Source: Candidatus Enterousia sp.
Lineage (GTDB): Bacteria; Pseudomonadota; Alphaproteobacteria; Rs-D84
DNA length: 64,000 bases
Assembly: GCA_045647355.1 (NCBI GenBank)
Contig: JAZRMF010000005.1
Coordinates: 101,763-165,762 of the forward strand
Direction of reading: 5' to 3'
The translations under genes and the position numbers were made by a program. This document shows, one piece after another, positions 39,770-50,028 of this stretch (positions are counted from its first letter, which is position 1; each line of letters opens with the position of its first letter). The notes below the pieces were generated by a model. The model was not told where the DNA came from, did no database searches, and worked only from the letters and a program-made list of their open reading frames with translations.

Positions 39770-40045
39770 AATACCGGAAGTTCTTAGCAAAACCGTTTGA
39801 ACCCACCACAAAAAACCGCAGATTTCCGCGGATTTTTTTAACTCAAAATTTTTCAATTCTGATATCATATATGATATCTATGACATAGCATATTAGGGCG
39901 ATAAGTGGCAATAACTAGCACCTAATTTTGATAAAAACACATATTGACATACGGAGTCCATCGGTCATACGAAAAACATACCCAAAAACACCCCCGATTT
40001 TTCATATCCGAAATCAATAATGATATCATACGTGAAATTGTATTT
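39770..40045 (+). repeat. about 275-bp repeat following tRNA fragment (also 43887-44162), contains terminator and 19-bp palindrome
   Basis: aaaaaaccgcagatttccgcggattttttt terminator; tgatatcatatatgatatc palindrome. Confidence 0.8.
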
Positions 40046-40057
40046 GATTTTACACCA

Positions 40058-40086
40058 TTGAAATTTGATAAAAAGTATGTTAGAAT
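40058..40086 (+). promoter_or_regulatory. sigma70-like promoter TTGAAA-17-TAGAAT for leader copy 2
   Basis: conserved with copy 3 promoter. Confidence 0.55.
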
Positions 40087-40107
40087 TCCTAATGAATCCA
40101 AGAGATT

Positions 40108-40313
40108 GGGTTCGGGGCATGCTAAGCCCACTTCATTCGGTGCGAAAGCATCGTAATCTGATGTTATCGGTGTCTTTTGCACCGTTATCATCCCTGACTT
40201 ATGGTCGGGGGTTCGTTGGTGATACAACAGGGGTAACCCGAAAGCCACGAAATCAATAATGAAGTGATTTAGCAACTCCCCGACCGCCAATTTCCTTGGC
40301 GGTTCAATTTTTA
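40108..40313 (+). ncRNA. conserved structured 5' leader, copy 2
   Basis: see copy 1; terminator-like hairpin accgccaa-tttcc-ttggcggt + T-run immediately before RBS aggaga. Confidence 0.6.
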
Positions 40314-40327
40314 TAGGAGAGAATACC

Positions 40328-41272
40328 ATGAAAAGATGTTTAATTTTCGTATCAATATTAGCACTGGCAGCATGTACAACAGATAGTGGTGGTGGCAGCA
40401 GTGGCGGTTCGTATAATCATGGCATATCTGGAGGGTATAGCGGTACCACTACGAACAATAATACAAATGGTGGCAATAGCGGAGGTAATACTGGTGGTAA
40501 TACCAATAATCAACAAAACAATCAAGTGGTACATTATACAAACTTTAAACAATACTTTGATAATGTGTTACAACAAAATACAAATGGAGTGTATACAGAT
40601 TTTGTTGAAACTACACAAAGTTGGCCTTCCCAAGGAGGGTATAAACATTATGGATACAATGTAAACTCATCTACGGGTACACAACATAGCATATCGAAAT
40701 ATGTTGTTGAAGAAAAAGAAATGCAGCTCGCAAATTATGGTGTTCAAAATTATACTTATAAGCAGGATTTTGATAACGAATTCCATGATGCTAGCGAATA
40801 TTCTGCAACGGCATATGCACATAATCGTGAGGGTGTCGGGGCAAATTTATATACGCCACAAGAAAACACAGTTTTTAGTGGAGGAACGCTTGCTTATTTA
40901 GACACAAGCGGTCAACAAGCAGATATGTTCTTAAAAGGGAATGCCACATACACGTACAATTCAACCAACCCAGAATTGTTAATCGCATATGATAATTATT
41001 ATACATTCAATATAGTGAAAGGCGATGGTAACAGTGAAACCACGACTGTATCTGGTACAAATAATACAGGAAATGCTTATTACGATGTTACACCAGGAAC
41101 ATACACAGATAATTATGGGTATGATGCCACTTTCACACCAAATCACTTAAAAAAGGGGAATATAGAGGAAGCTGTTGGCACGTATCAACTAAATTTTGGT
41201 ACTGGGGATATTGGTGGTAACACAACAAACAATTTCTTTATACATGGTGCATTTGGTGGCGCAAAGCAGTAA
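40328..41272 (+). CDS. surface lipoprotein candidate (Gly/Ser/Asn-rich linker after lipobox Cys)
   Basis: lipobox LAAC then TTDSGGGSSGG; followed by TPR+barrel gene. Confidence 0.6.
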   Translation: MKRCLIFVSILALAACTTDSGGGSSGGSYNHGISGGYSGTTTNNNTNGGNSGGNTGGNTNNQQNNQVVHYTNFKQYFDNVLQQNTNGVYTDFVETTQSWPSQGGYKHYGYNVNSSTGTQHSISKYVVEEKEMQLANYGVQNYTYKQDFDNEFHDASEYSATAYAHNREGVGANLYTPQENTVFSGGTLAYLDTSGQQADMFLKGNATYTYNSTNPELLIAYDNYYTFNIVKGDGNSETTTVSGTNNTGNAYYDVTPGTYTDNYGYDATFTPNHLKKGNIEEAVGTYQLNFGTGDIGGNTTNNFFIHGAFGGAKQ

Positions 41273-41275
41273 ACA

Positions 41276-42640
41276 ATGCATAATAACATGCGTATTTTAG
41301 TTGGAATATGCACTGCGTTATTTATGTGGGTGTCTGCTGGATTCGCCGAACAAGTACAAACATTAGAACTAGATGATAAACAAGCGCTGGCATTGGCTAA
41401 CGATCTAGTAAATAAAGGCGATTTAAAGTCTGCTACAAATATTTTAGATGCTGTTATAAAAAGCGAGGATGAAAATGCACGTACAGTCGCATTATTTGAA
41501 ATGGGACGAGTGGCATTGGCTAGACACGATTATGCAACAGCAGAGCAAAATTTTCTGACCATATTGAATTGGTACCCAGAGGCAACATTTGTTCGTATGG
41601 AACTAGCCAAAACTTATTTTGCTGCTGGACAATACAGTAGCGCAGATTTTAATTTCCGTTTGGTACTGGCAGATAAGAGTTTATCTGACAATGAACAAAA
41701 ACTTGTACGGAACTATTTGAATTTAATTCGTAAACAAAGAAATTGGGATGTGTTTGCCAGTTTTTCTGTAGTTCCAGATTCAAACCTTAACTATGCCACA
41801 GGCAGAAGAGAAGAATGTATAAACACGATAGCAGGTACACTTTGTCGTGACTTAGAAGACAAATCGTCTGGGATTGGGTTGCAGTACAGTTTAGGTGGCG
41901 ATTATTACCTTAAATTGACCGACCATTTCGGTATAAAAACCAGTGCAGCTTTATATGCGTTGGATTTTCCAACATCAAAATTTGATGATTACATGTTTTA
42001 TGTGGCCGCAGGACCTCGTTACATAATAGATGGAATTGGCGAATTCAGTATCCAGCCATTTGCACAATTGCGCTGGTACGGCGACGAATATTATGACACT
42101 ATGCCAGGCATACGGGCTGATGCAGATTTTGATTTAACAAAGCGGTTGCATTTGTCTCTAGGGGGATCGTATAGCAGGGATATGTATCGTGACGATTCCT
42201 TGAATAGAATTTTGGGTGGCAACGAATATTCGATATACGTTCAGCCACGTTATTATATCAACAATAAAAGTTTCGTATTTGTAGGTACTGCTTATACGAA
42301 TGTCACAGCAAAACAAAAATCATACGGTAACCATGGGTTAAATTATTCCCTGGGATATTTCGCAGAATTGCCATTGACTTTGACTCTGCTTGCTAGGTTG
42401 GATCTGATACAAACAAGGTATAAAAAATCACAGTATTTTATAATGGAAGACAGTAACCTAGAATACTTCACAAGACGTGATACAACATACAGAACTTGTA
42501 TACGGCTATCAAGTCGTTATTTAGAATACAAGAGGCTTTATCCATCGATAAGCTATACTTACACCAGGCGCAACTCAAATGCTCCTATATACGAATTTGA
42601 CAAGCACAGATTTCAAATAGAGATGAACTACCGTTTTTAA
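41276..42640 (+). CDS. TPR + C-terminal beta-barrel outer-membrane protein, Slam/DUF560-like
   Basis: signal peptide, N-terminal TPR-like helices, C-terminal alternating beta pattern ending ...EMNYRF; about 70% identical paralog at 47313-48650. Confidence 0.5.
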   Translation: MHNNMRILVGICTALFMWVSAGFAEQVQTLELDDKQALALANDLVNKGDLKSATNILDAVIKSEDENARTVALFEMGRVALARHDYATAEQNFLTILNWYPEATFVRMELAKTYFAAGQYSSADFNFRLVLADKSLSDNEQKLVRNYLNLIRKQRNWDVFASFSVVPDSNLNYATGRREECINTIAGTLCRDLEDKSSGIGLQYSLGGDYYLKLTDHFGIKTSAALYALDFPTSKFDDYMFYVAAGPRYIIDGIGEFSIQPFAQLRWYGDEYYDTMPGIRADADFDLTKRLHLSLGGSYSRDMYRDDSLNRILGGNEYSIYVQPRYYINNKSFVFVGTAYTNVTAKQKSYGNHGLNYSLGYFAELPLTLTLLARLDLIQTRYKKSQYFIMEDSNLEYFTRRDTTYRTCIRLSSRYLEYKRLYPSISYTYTRRNSNAPIYEFDKHRFQIEMNYRF

Positions 42641-42655
42641 CCGAAAGGGCTGTAA

Positions 42656-43474
42656 ATGAAAATTGTGAAACAAATAAATGAAGAACTTATACAAGACGTA
42701 TTATGTGTTCCGCCATATCCAATAATAAATGGTGAATTTATCCAAAATTACTTAAAGCAACCAAAAAATCGAAGAAAATTCTTTATAACGAAAGAAATCA
42801 TTTCGCCTATTAGACGTGCTTCGTATGCGACATATCATTACAGAGAATTAGACATTTTTAAAGAAGTACGCATCGTTATAGAATATGCGATTATTGCTTT
42901 TTATGATAATAACCCAATATGCTCTTATTTAAGTTTATTGGCTGTAATAGAAACACTATTGTGGAATTGGCACAAAGAAATCTCAAATACAAATAGACAA
43001 CGGCTGAAAGTAGCAACTCACGATATATCAATATATATCAAATCCAAAATTTCAGACAATTCCGAATATAATCAAAGAATATTGTTACTTACGGATTACT
43101 TGGAAGAAGCAATTAACATAGGATGGAGTCAAGGCAATAATGCACCAAAGAAAGAATTTAATAGGAACCTTTCATTACATTATCTGCAAAATGCTAATAA
43201 ATATGACATAAACTTACTAAATAACTGTAGAGCTTTGCTTATCATTGATGTTATTGCTGACTTATATTGCAGAACCCACTCAGACAAGTATAAGAAAATG
43301 CAATCTTTATATGACCTAGAATATAACCACTCGCTATTTGAGTTATATGCCAAATATTATCAAAAACTAAGTGTTCGAATGCTTGAAGGTGCACAAGGTA
43401 ATTTTATCCAAAACGTACTGTTGAAAGATAATATCACAAAAGCAGAAACAAAACATATCATGAGTCTTATGTAG
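42656..43474 (+). CDS. hypothetical protein
   Basis: ORF only. Confidence 0.4.
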   Translation: MKIVKQINEELIQDVLCVPPYPIINGEFIQNYLKQPKNRRKFFITKEIISPIRRASYATYHYRELDIFKEVRIVIEYAIIAFYDNNPICSYLSLLAVIETLLWNWHKEISNTNRQRLKVATHDISIYIKSKISDNSEYNQRILLLTDYLEEAINIGWSQGNNAPKKEFNRNLSLHYLQNANKYDINLLNNCRALLIIDVIADLYCRTHSDKYKKMQSLYDLEYNHSLFELYAKYYQKLSVRMLEGAQGNFIQNVLLKDNITKAETKHIMSLM

Positions 43475-43559
43475 TCCCACAGAATACAACACGTACAAAT
43501 AATCATACGAAACGACATACAGTCAGTTCGTCCGTTGTTTTTTTATAGCATGAAATCAT

Positions 43560-43886
43560 CATTGATTTCGACTGTGATTTTACTAAAAACGACACACAGA
43601 ATATTCTGTGTGTCCCTGTTAGCACTTTACACATGGTCACGCACAAAAAATACACAACAAACAACAAGTTATATTTTACAGGAATCAGGTGCTAATTTTC
43701 ACTTTTTGCTTTCGTGTACGTATATGTGAAAAAATCACACAAAATCACACGCAAGCCGCAGAAAACTGACCCCAAAATTTGTAGTATAAAATATTCAGAA
43801 AGTCCTTGACTTGTGCGGATTTTAGGTATAATATAGGGTCTGTTATTCGGGCATAGTTCAGTCGGTAGAACAACGGACTGTTAAAA
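43560..43886 (+). repeat. direct repeat C: about 330-bp tRNA-Asn upstream region + promoter + 5' 38 nt of tRNA
   Basis: about 90% identical to 49740-50066. Confidence 0.8.
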
Positions 43887-44157
43887 TACCGGAAGTTCTT
43901 AGCAAAACCGTTTGGACCCATCGCAAAAAACCGCAGATTTCCGCGGATTTTTTTAACTCAAAATTTTTCAATTCTGATATCATATATGATATCTATGACG
44001 TAGCATATTAGGGCGATAACTGGCAATAACTAGCACCAAATTTTGATAAAAACACATATTGACATACGGAGTCCATCGGTCATACGAAAAACATACCCAA
44101 AAACACCCCCGATTTTTCATGTCCGAAATCAATGATGATATCATACATGAAATCTGG

Positions 44158-44520
44158 TTAATTATGCTTGATTTCATGAGTGGCAATATACTTGTTCAAT
44201 TCACTAACAACATCTTTTGCGGATTCAATAGATGCCACACGCAGAAAGTCCGATAATTTTTGCTGAATATGTGCTTCTTGTAATAACAAGATACATTGCT
44301 TTAACACGACCAAAAAATTATTTGGTAACACGCACCCACCAACCTGTTTAAACTTGTTAATATAGTCGTTTAAAATCCATTTCGCCAATACGGCGGCACA
44401 ATTTAACTGATGCTGCTTGTCGTCATTATTGTCAACGGGCAAAAATCGCCTTAACCAACCATATAAAGCGATATCTTGCATATTTACATCTTCATACATA
44501 ATAAATCCTTTTGGTTTCAT
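44158..44520 (-). CDS. hypothetical protein
   Basis: ORF only. Confidence 0.35.
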   Translation of the reverse strand: MKPKGFIMYEDVNMQDIALYGWLRRFLPVDNNDDKQHQLNCAAVLAKWILNDYINKFKQVGGCVLPNNFLVVLKQCILLLQEAHIQQKLSDFLRVASIESAKDVVSELNKYIATHEIKHN

Positions 44521-44703
44521 TATATGGATTATAAACTAAAACACAAATTAAAAACATGCCCAAAATACTGCAATAAAAAATGCTAGGTTTCTGGGTGTTT
44601 GCTGCTATTCTATGAACTTTTTATGAATAAATTAAAATGAATAAATAACTGGACTTTCGCCGAAAGATATTGATGAATACGACAACCTTAAAAAGGATTG
44701 TCG

Positions 44704-44910
44704 ATGAAGTATAAACATTTTCGGGAAATTGAGCCCAATAACAAGACAGATTTTATTATGCTCTACTTCGCAGCATGCCGATCGTTACACGAATTAGAGA
44801 ACGCTATACGCAGAACAAACAATGGTAATTTAACCTGCAAACAGACATGGCTGTTTCGCCGCTTGTACCGCAAACTATTCCAAATGGCAGCATCGTGGAA
44901 AACACAATAG
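44704..44910 (+). CDS. small conserved basic protein (paralog at 50439-50657)
   Basis: two copies about 80% identical, each with RBS; located at cassette edges. Confidence 0.5.
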   Translation: MKYKHFREIEPNNKTDFIMLYFAACRSLHELENAIRRTNNGNLTCKQTWLFRRLYRKLFQMAASWKTQ

Positions 44911-44997
44911 AGTTAAAAATGCCTTTGCCCCCTTGATTTTTTATAAAATATATCTATATATTCCTACAACAAATATTAAGAATTGAAGGTATACGGA

Positions 44998-46089
44998 ATG
45001 ACAGCAGAAATTGTTATAATGAATAAAAGGGGTGTGGCAGCGTCTGCAGACAGTGCGGCGACGGTTGGTAAAAAAACTTTTAATGGTGCTAATAAATTAT
45101 TCCAACTTATAAAAAATAAACCTGTTGGTGTTTTAATTTTTAATAATTCTGAAATAAATGGAATACCTGTCGAGTTGGTAATCAAAGAATATGGAACAAC
45201 CAGACAGAATAAAAAGCTAGATTCGTTAAAAGATTATGTGGATGACTTTAAAGGTTTTTTAAAAAATTTTGTCAAACAACACATGGGTACATGGGATCCA
45301 CTACTTGGGGCATTTGATGATTTCTTAATAGTATCAAATGGATTAGCTGATTTAAATTTACTAAAAGAAACATTGTCATCTAATCGTAATGTTTTGAATA
45401 TGCGATGCACCAAAGATTTAAAAAAGAGAATACAAAAATATTTAGATTTAAGAAAAGTATATTTGTCACCAACATTAGATTTTTCAAATTTAAATATTGA
45501 TGAAATTATTAACATGTTTTTACTTTTTGTAAATAGGTGTGATTTTTCCCCTGCAATGACAGGATTCGCCATATTTGGTTATGGAGACAAAGACATATAC
45601 CCTAAAACGTATGTATTTCACTCTGTTGGTTTTGTAAATGATAAAATTTTTAAATTTTTCTCCGAAGAAGCTCATGAAACAGACCAGGATATAATCCAAC
45701 TAGCACAGAGAGATATGAGTGATATGTTTATATTCGGGTTGCCATACCACTTAAAAAAAAGCATAACAACAATTTATAATGATGTTATTGCAAAATTATT
45801 TATATCAATCGGTGGGAACACACCAGAAGTAAAAAACATTATAGAAAATGCTCTTGCTAATTGTGCTAAAGAGGTAGATAAAAATATAACAGGTAGCAGA
45901 TTGTATAATTTACAACAATCTTTGCCTCATCTACCCCTAGAAGATTTGTCAAATTTATCTGCTACCCTGATAAGATTGGAATGTTTGAAAAACAGGGCTT
46001 CTCTGGATATGGAAAGTGTTGGTGGAGAAGTAAAAACAGCCATCATATCAAAACATGAAGGATTTCGTTGGAAAAACGATAAAAAATAG
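44998..46089 (+). CDS. hypothetical protein
   Basis: ORF only. Confidence 0.4.
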   Translation: MTAEIVIMNKRGVAASADSAATVGKKTFNGANKLFQLIKNKPVGVLIFNNSEINGIPVELVIKEYGTTRQNKKLDSLKDYVDDFKGFLKNFVKQHMGTWDPLLGAFDDFLIVSNGLADLNLLKETLSSNRNVLNMRCTKDLKKRIQKYLDLRKVYLSPTLDFSNLNIDEIINMFLLFVNRCDFSPAMTGFAIFGYGDKDIYPKTYVFHSVGFVNDKIFKFFSEEAHETDQDIIQLAQRDMSDMFIFGLPYHLKKSITTIYNDVIAKLFISIGGNTPEVKNIIENALANCAKEVDKNITGSRLYNLQQSLPHLPLEDLSNLSATLIRLECLKNRASLDMESVGGEVKTAIISKHEGFRWKNDKK

Positions 46090-46327
46090 GTTATAATATA
46101 AAAAACAGGAGATTTTATGCAAAATTGTATTTCTTGCTCTTTCGCAAAGGTGAAAGTTGCACAGGATCTTAGATCTATTGCTAGTGGTATAGCATCAAAG
46201 GCGATAGAGGAGTTAAAGGCTACAAAACGTTCTACTAATAATAGAGATAAGAAAAAAATTTAATGTAAAAAAAACAACAAAGTTTTAAAGGTCGGTATTT
46301 CAATACCGACCTTTTTCAATAAGAAAA

Positions 46328-46356
46328 TTGAAATTTTATAAAAAGTATGTTAAAAT
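46328..46356 (+). promoter_or_regulatory. sigma70-like promoter TTGAAA-17-TAAAAT for leader copy 3
   Basis: conserved with copy 2. Confidence 0.55.
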
Positions 46357-46370
46357 TCCTCATGAATCCA

Positions 46371-46582
46371 AGAGATTGGGTTCGGGGTCTTTACAAACCC
46401 GCTTTATCCGGTGCGAAAGCATCGTAATCTGATGTTATCGGTGTCTTTTGCACCGTTATCATCCCTGACTTATGGTCGGGGTGCCGTTAGCGATAAAACA
46501 GGGGCAACCCGAAAGCGCGGGGTCAATGATAAAGCGACTGTAAACACTCCCGACCGCTCTTTCTTGGGCGGTTTTAATTTAT
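46371..46582 (+). ncRNA. conserved structured 5' leader, copy 3
   Basis: see copy 1. Confidence 0.6.
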
Positions 46583-46601
46583 TCAACAAAGGGGGCACCC
46601 C

Positions 46602-47309
46602 ATGAAACCATTTGTCGTTTTATTATCCATCTTGTCTTTAACTGCTTGCGGTGGTGGTAGTGGTGGTAGTTCCCCCTCTAATCCTGGTCCAGTTAACCCA
46701 GGCAACCCGAACGTTCCGGGTATAGATGATGAATTAACCGCAGCGGAACAATTGTTTGGTCAAGGTAATGGCACAGGTGCTACACCAACAGCATTGTTAG
46801 CAAGGACCGATAATTTAGGGTTTGATTATTTATCTTTTGGGGCTTGGGGTAATATTTATAATTTGAAGGAATCCGATACAACAAAATTACTTAAAATACT
46901 TGTTCCTGGCGAACCAACATACAATGCGTTTATTAGCGGTAACCATCTTGAATTTACGACCCAACAATTAGAAACAATGCAAAATTGGACGCATACAAAA
47001 GATAGTCGTGTAGCAGAAGCAACATATACGGGGCCAGCCATTATGTATTATATGCCATTTAATCCATCTGGTGCTGTGACAGAATCAGACCATGGAACAA
47101 TGCAACTCAGTTTTGGGCAAGATATAGCAAATTCTGTTTTGAATTTTGTTATGCATAATCCGTCAAACAACATATCTCTCAATTCTGCCGATGATGTTTA
47201 TAGCACAAATTTCTCTGAAGATATGAATAATGTGGTAGTTGTGTATGGTATGTGGGAAAATAATGCTCACAACCTTAGGGTTTATCATGGCTACGGGTCA
47301 AAACAATAA
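46602..47309 (+). CDS. surface lipoprotein candidate
   Basis: lipobox LTAC then GGGSGGSSPSNPG linker. Confidence 0.6.
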   Translation: MKPFVVLLSILSLTACGGGSGGSSPSNPGPVNPGNPNVPGIDDELTAAEQLFGQGNGTGATPTALLARTDNLGFDYLSFGAWGNIYNLKESDTTKLLKILVPGEPTYNAFISGNHLEFTTQQLETMQNWTHTKDSRVAEATYTGPAIMYYMPFNPSGAVTESDHGTMQLSFGQDIANSVLNFVMHNPSNNISLNSADDVYSTNFSEDMNNVVVVYGMWENNAHNLRVYHGYGSKQ

Positions 47310-47312
47310 CTC

Positions 47313-48650
47313 ATGAAAAAAACTTTTTGTGTTTTGTTATTTTTGATTCCCACACTTGTAGTTGCACAAACAACTGATGTCACATATAACGATTCCTTGG
47401 AGTTTGCAAAAAAGCAAATTGTTGGTGGAAATTATGCACAAGCAGAAAAAACTTTGCGAAATTTAAATGGCACCAAAAACACCCAAGAAGAAATAGAAAA
47501 ATGGTTTCTGCTTGGTCAAGTTTATATGGCACAAGGTGACTTTAATACTGCAATAAAGATTTACAGAAAAATCTTAGATAAACAACCCGACTTGTCCAGA
47601 GTCCGTTTAGAATTAGCAAGGGCATTGTTTTTTAATAAACAGTATCAAGAAGCAGAAAATAATTTTTTGTTTGTTCGAGCCGACCACAATACCCCAAATG
47701 AAGTTGTGCAAAAAATTAACTTATTTTTGACCGCTATCAGACAACAAAGAAACTGGTATGCTAATTTTTCGTTTGGTATTGTTCCTGATTCAAACCTTAA
47801 TTATGCCACTGGACGACGTGAAGAATGTATAAATACAATGTTTGGTATTTTGTGTCGTGAATTGGATGACAAATCATCTGGTGTTGGCCTTCAGTATGGA
47901 CTTGGTGGGGATTATTATATAAAAATGACAGATAATTTCGGCATCAAAACCAGTGCATCGTTATATGCCCTTGATTTTTCAAATTCCACATTTGATGATT
48001 ATATGCTGTATATGGCAGCAGGTCCTAGATATGTCCTGGGCGGTATTGGCGAAATCAGTGTTCAACCGTTCACTCAATTACGTTGGTACGGTGGAGAGTA
48101 TTATAATACTGTCCCCGGTGTGCGTGCAGACATAGATTTGGATTTATCAAAACGTATTCGATTATCATTTGGTGGTTCATATAGTAAAGATATGTACCAC
48201 GACGATGATTTAGACGATATTTTACGTGGGGACGAATACACAACCTATATTCAGCCTAGATATTACATAAACAACAAAAGTTTTACATTTGTCGGTTTGT
48301 CTTATACAACCAACACAGCAAAATTAAAATCATATGGCAGTAATAGTATGTATTATTCTATTGGTTATTTTGGTGAATTGCCTTGGACCCTATCATTGTA
48401 TGCCAGGTTAGATTTAACACAAACAAAATACAAAGATTCACAATTCTTTATAATGGATGATTACACAGTAAATAAATTTACACGACGTGACATCGGTTAT
48501 CGTGCATATTTACGTCTATCCAGTCGTTATTTGGAATACAAACGATTGTATCCTGCAATCAGTTACACATACACTAAACGTGATTCAAATGCTCCTGCGT
48601 ATGATTTTGATAAGCATAGATTTCAAATCGAAATGAATTATAGATTTTAG
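47313..48650 (+). CDS. TPR + beta-barrel outer-membrane protein, Slam/DUF560-like (paralog)
   Basis: see 41276-42640; ends ...EMNYRF. Confidence 0.5.
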   Translation: MKKTFCVLLFLIPTLVVAQTTDVTYNDSLEFAKKQIVGGNYAQAEKTLRNLNGTKNTQEEIEKWFLLGQVYMAQGDFNTAIKIYRKILDKQPDLSRVRLELARALFFNKQYQEAENNFLFVRADHNTPNEVVQKINLFLTAIRQQRNWYANFSFGIVPDSNLNYATGRREECINTMFGILCRELDDKSSGVGLQYGLGGDYYIKMTDNFGIKTSASLYALDFSNSTFDDYMLYMAAGPRYVLGGIGEISVQPFTQLRWYGGEYYNTVPGVRADIDLDLSKRIRLSFGGSYSKDMYHDDDLDDILRGDEYTTYIQPRYYINNKSFTFVGLSYTTNTAKLKSYGSNSMYYSIGYFGELPWTLSLYARLDLTQTKYKDSQFFIMDDYTVNKFTRRDIGYRAYLRLSSRYLEYKRLYPAISYTYTKRDSNAPAYDFDKHRFQIEMNYRF

Positions 48651-48772
48651 TAATAAAAACACTTCATTTTACCGTTTACACCGTGGTATTTTGGTATTAT
48701 AATACTATATACAGTGGGACGATGTGTAAATTTTCACTCGTCTCTTTTTATTAAAAAATATTGGTAAAGGAC

Positions 48773-49537
48773 TTACTTTTTATCAGTTTTTTGTTCCATT
48801 ATACGCTTAACAAATTCATCTCCAACAACCTTGCAATTATTGATTTCAAACTTCTTTATCAACTTATCATCAAGTTCCATGACATTATTATACAAAACAT
48901 CAATAACATTATTTAAATATTCAGGTTCTATATCTTTTCTGTTCCCAAGAAGATTTTCGTTTAACTGTAATTTGTTGATATATCTTCTGTTAATAACACA
49001 ATCATTATGAACAGATATATTTCTGATTTCAATTGCTTCCCTTACGATGCTTTTATTGCTTTCGTCAATAATTTTTACTCCTAATCTTTTATCAAAAAAA
49101 TCAAACAAATCGTCAAAAGACGAATACGATAATTCGTTTACTTTTTTTTCTGTTAATTCTGTAACAAAATCATCCATTGTTTTATATTTCAAAACCTCAT
49201 CTAGTTTTACCACTTCTGATGATTTTAAAATTTGTGGGCAACATAAAAAAACATCTTTAAGGATAGACGACAAATAATTTTCATAACATTCTACCAAACG
49301 ACACAGCCACAGTTCCAATATTAGTCCGAAATATTTTTTCAATTTATCTGTTGCCGCATGTTTTAATTCTTCTTTTGCTGGTTCTTGTTCGTGTATCTTA
49401 GCCAATGCTTTGACGGCACAAATTCTCATTTCATCAACTTGTTGTGTGGTACAAATTATGTAATAAAAAAATTCAGCCAGATGATTTGTGTTCTCAAAAA
49501 AATGTGCACAGGCATTCGTAACTTTTATTTTTACCAT
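48773..49537 (-). CDS. hypothetical protein
   Basis: ORF only. Confidence 0.4.
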   Translation of the reverse strand: MVKIKVTNACAHFFENTNHLAEFFYYIICTTQQVDEMRICAVKALAKIHEQEPAKEELKHAATDKLKKYFGLILELWLCRLVECYENYLSSILKDVFLCCPQILKSSEVVKLDEVLKYKTMDDFVTELTEKKVNELSYSSFDDLFDFFDKRLGVKIIDESNKSIVREAIEIRNISVHNDCVINRRYINKLQLNENLLGNRKDIEPEYLNNVIDVLYNNVMELDDKLIKKFEINNCKVVGDEFVKRIMEQKTDKK

Positions 49538-49985
49538 ATTTGACCTTTCTTTATTATACGTATAGAAGTATGATATAGTGCCTTGTGTAAATCAACAAAT
49601 TTTATTAAATTACCCATTTGCGACCCAAACCATACATTCCAAATAGGAGGTGCGTTTGGTGGACCAAAACAATAGTTAAATATTACCCACAAAAAAGCAA
49701 CGGACGATTTGTCCGCTGTTTTTTGCTTAACCTAAAATCAACATTGATTTCAATTGTGATTCTGCTAAAAACGACATATAGAATATTCTGTGTGTCGCTG
49801 TTAGCACTTTACATATGGTCACGCACAAAAAACACACAACAAACAACAAGTTATATTCCAAAGGAATCAGGTGCTAATTTTCACTTTTTGCTTTCGTGTA
49901 CGTATATGTGAAAAAAACACACAAAATCATACGAAAGCCGCAGAAAACTGACCCCAAAATTTATAGCATAAAATATTCAGAAAGT

Positions 49986-50015
49986 CCTTGACTTGTGCGG
50001 ATTTTAGGTATAATA
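49986..50015 (+). promoter_or_regulatory. tRNA-Asn promoter (TTGACT ... TATAAT)
   Basis: -35/-10 about 7 nt upstream of mature tRNA 5' end; duplicated in repeats A-C. Confidence 0.6.
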
Positions 50016-50028
50016 TAGGGTTCGTTAT

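Noticed and set aside
39922-40329. 135-aa minus-strand ORF (and similar 43980-44186; plus-strand 39944-40156 and 44059-44256)
   Set aside because: They lie entirely inside the duplicated 275-bp repeat and the leader RNA/promoter region. They are conserved only because the DNA repeat is conserved, and they have no RBS.
43535-43729. 64-aa ORF and its longer relative at 49618-49911
   Set aside because: They fall within the duplicated tRNA-Asn upstream region. The similarity is DNA-level repeat, not selected protein.
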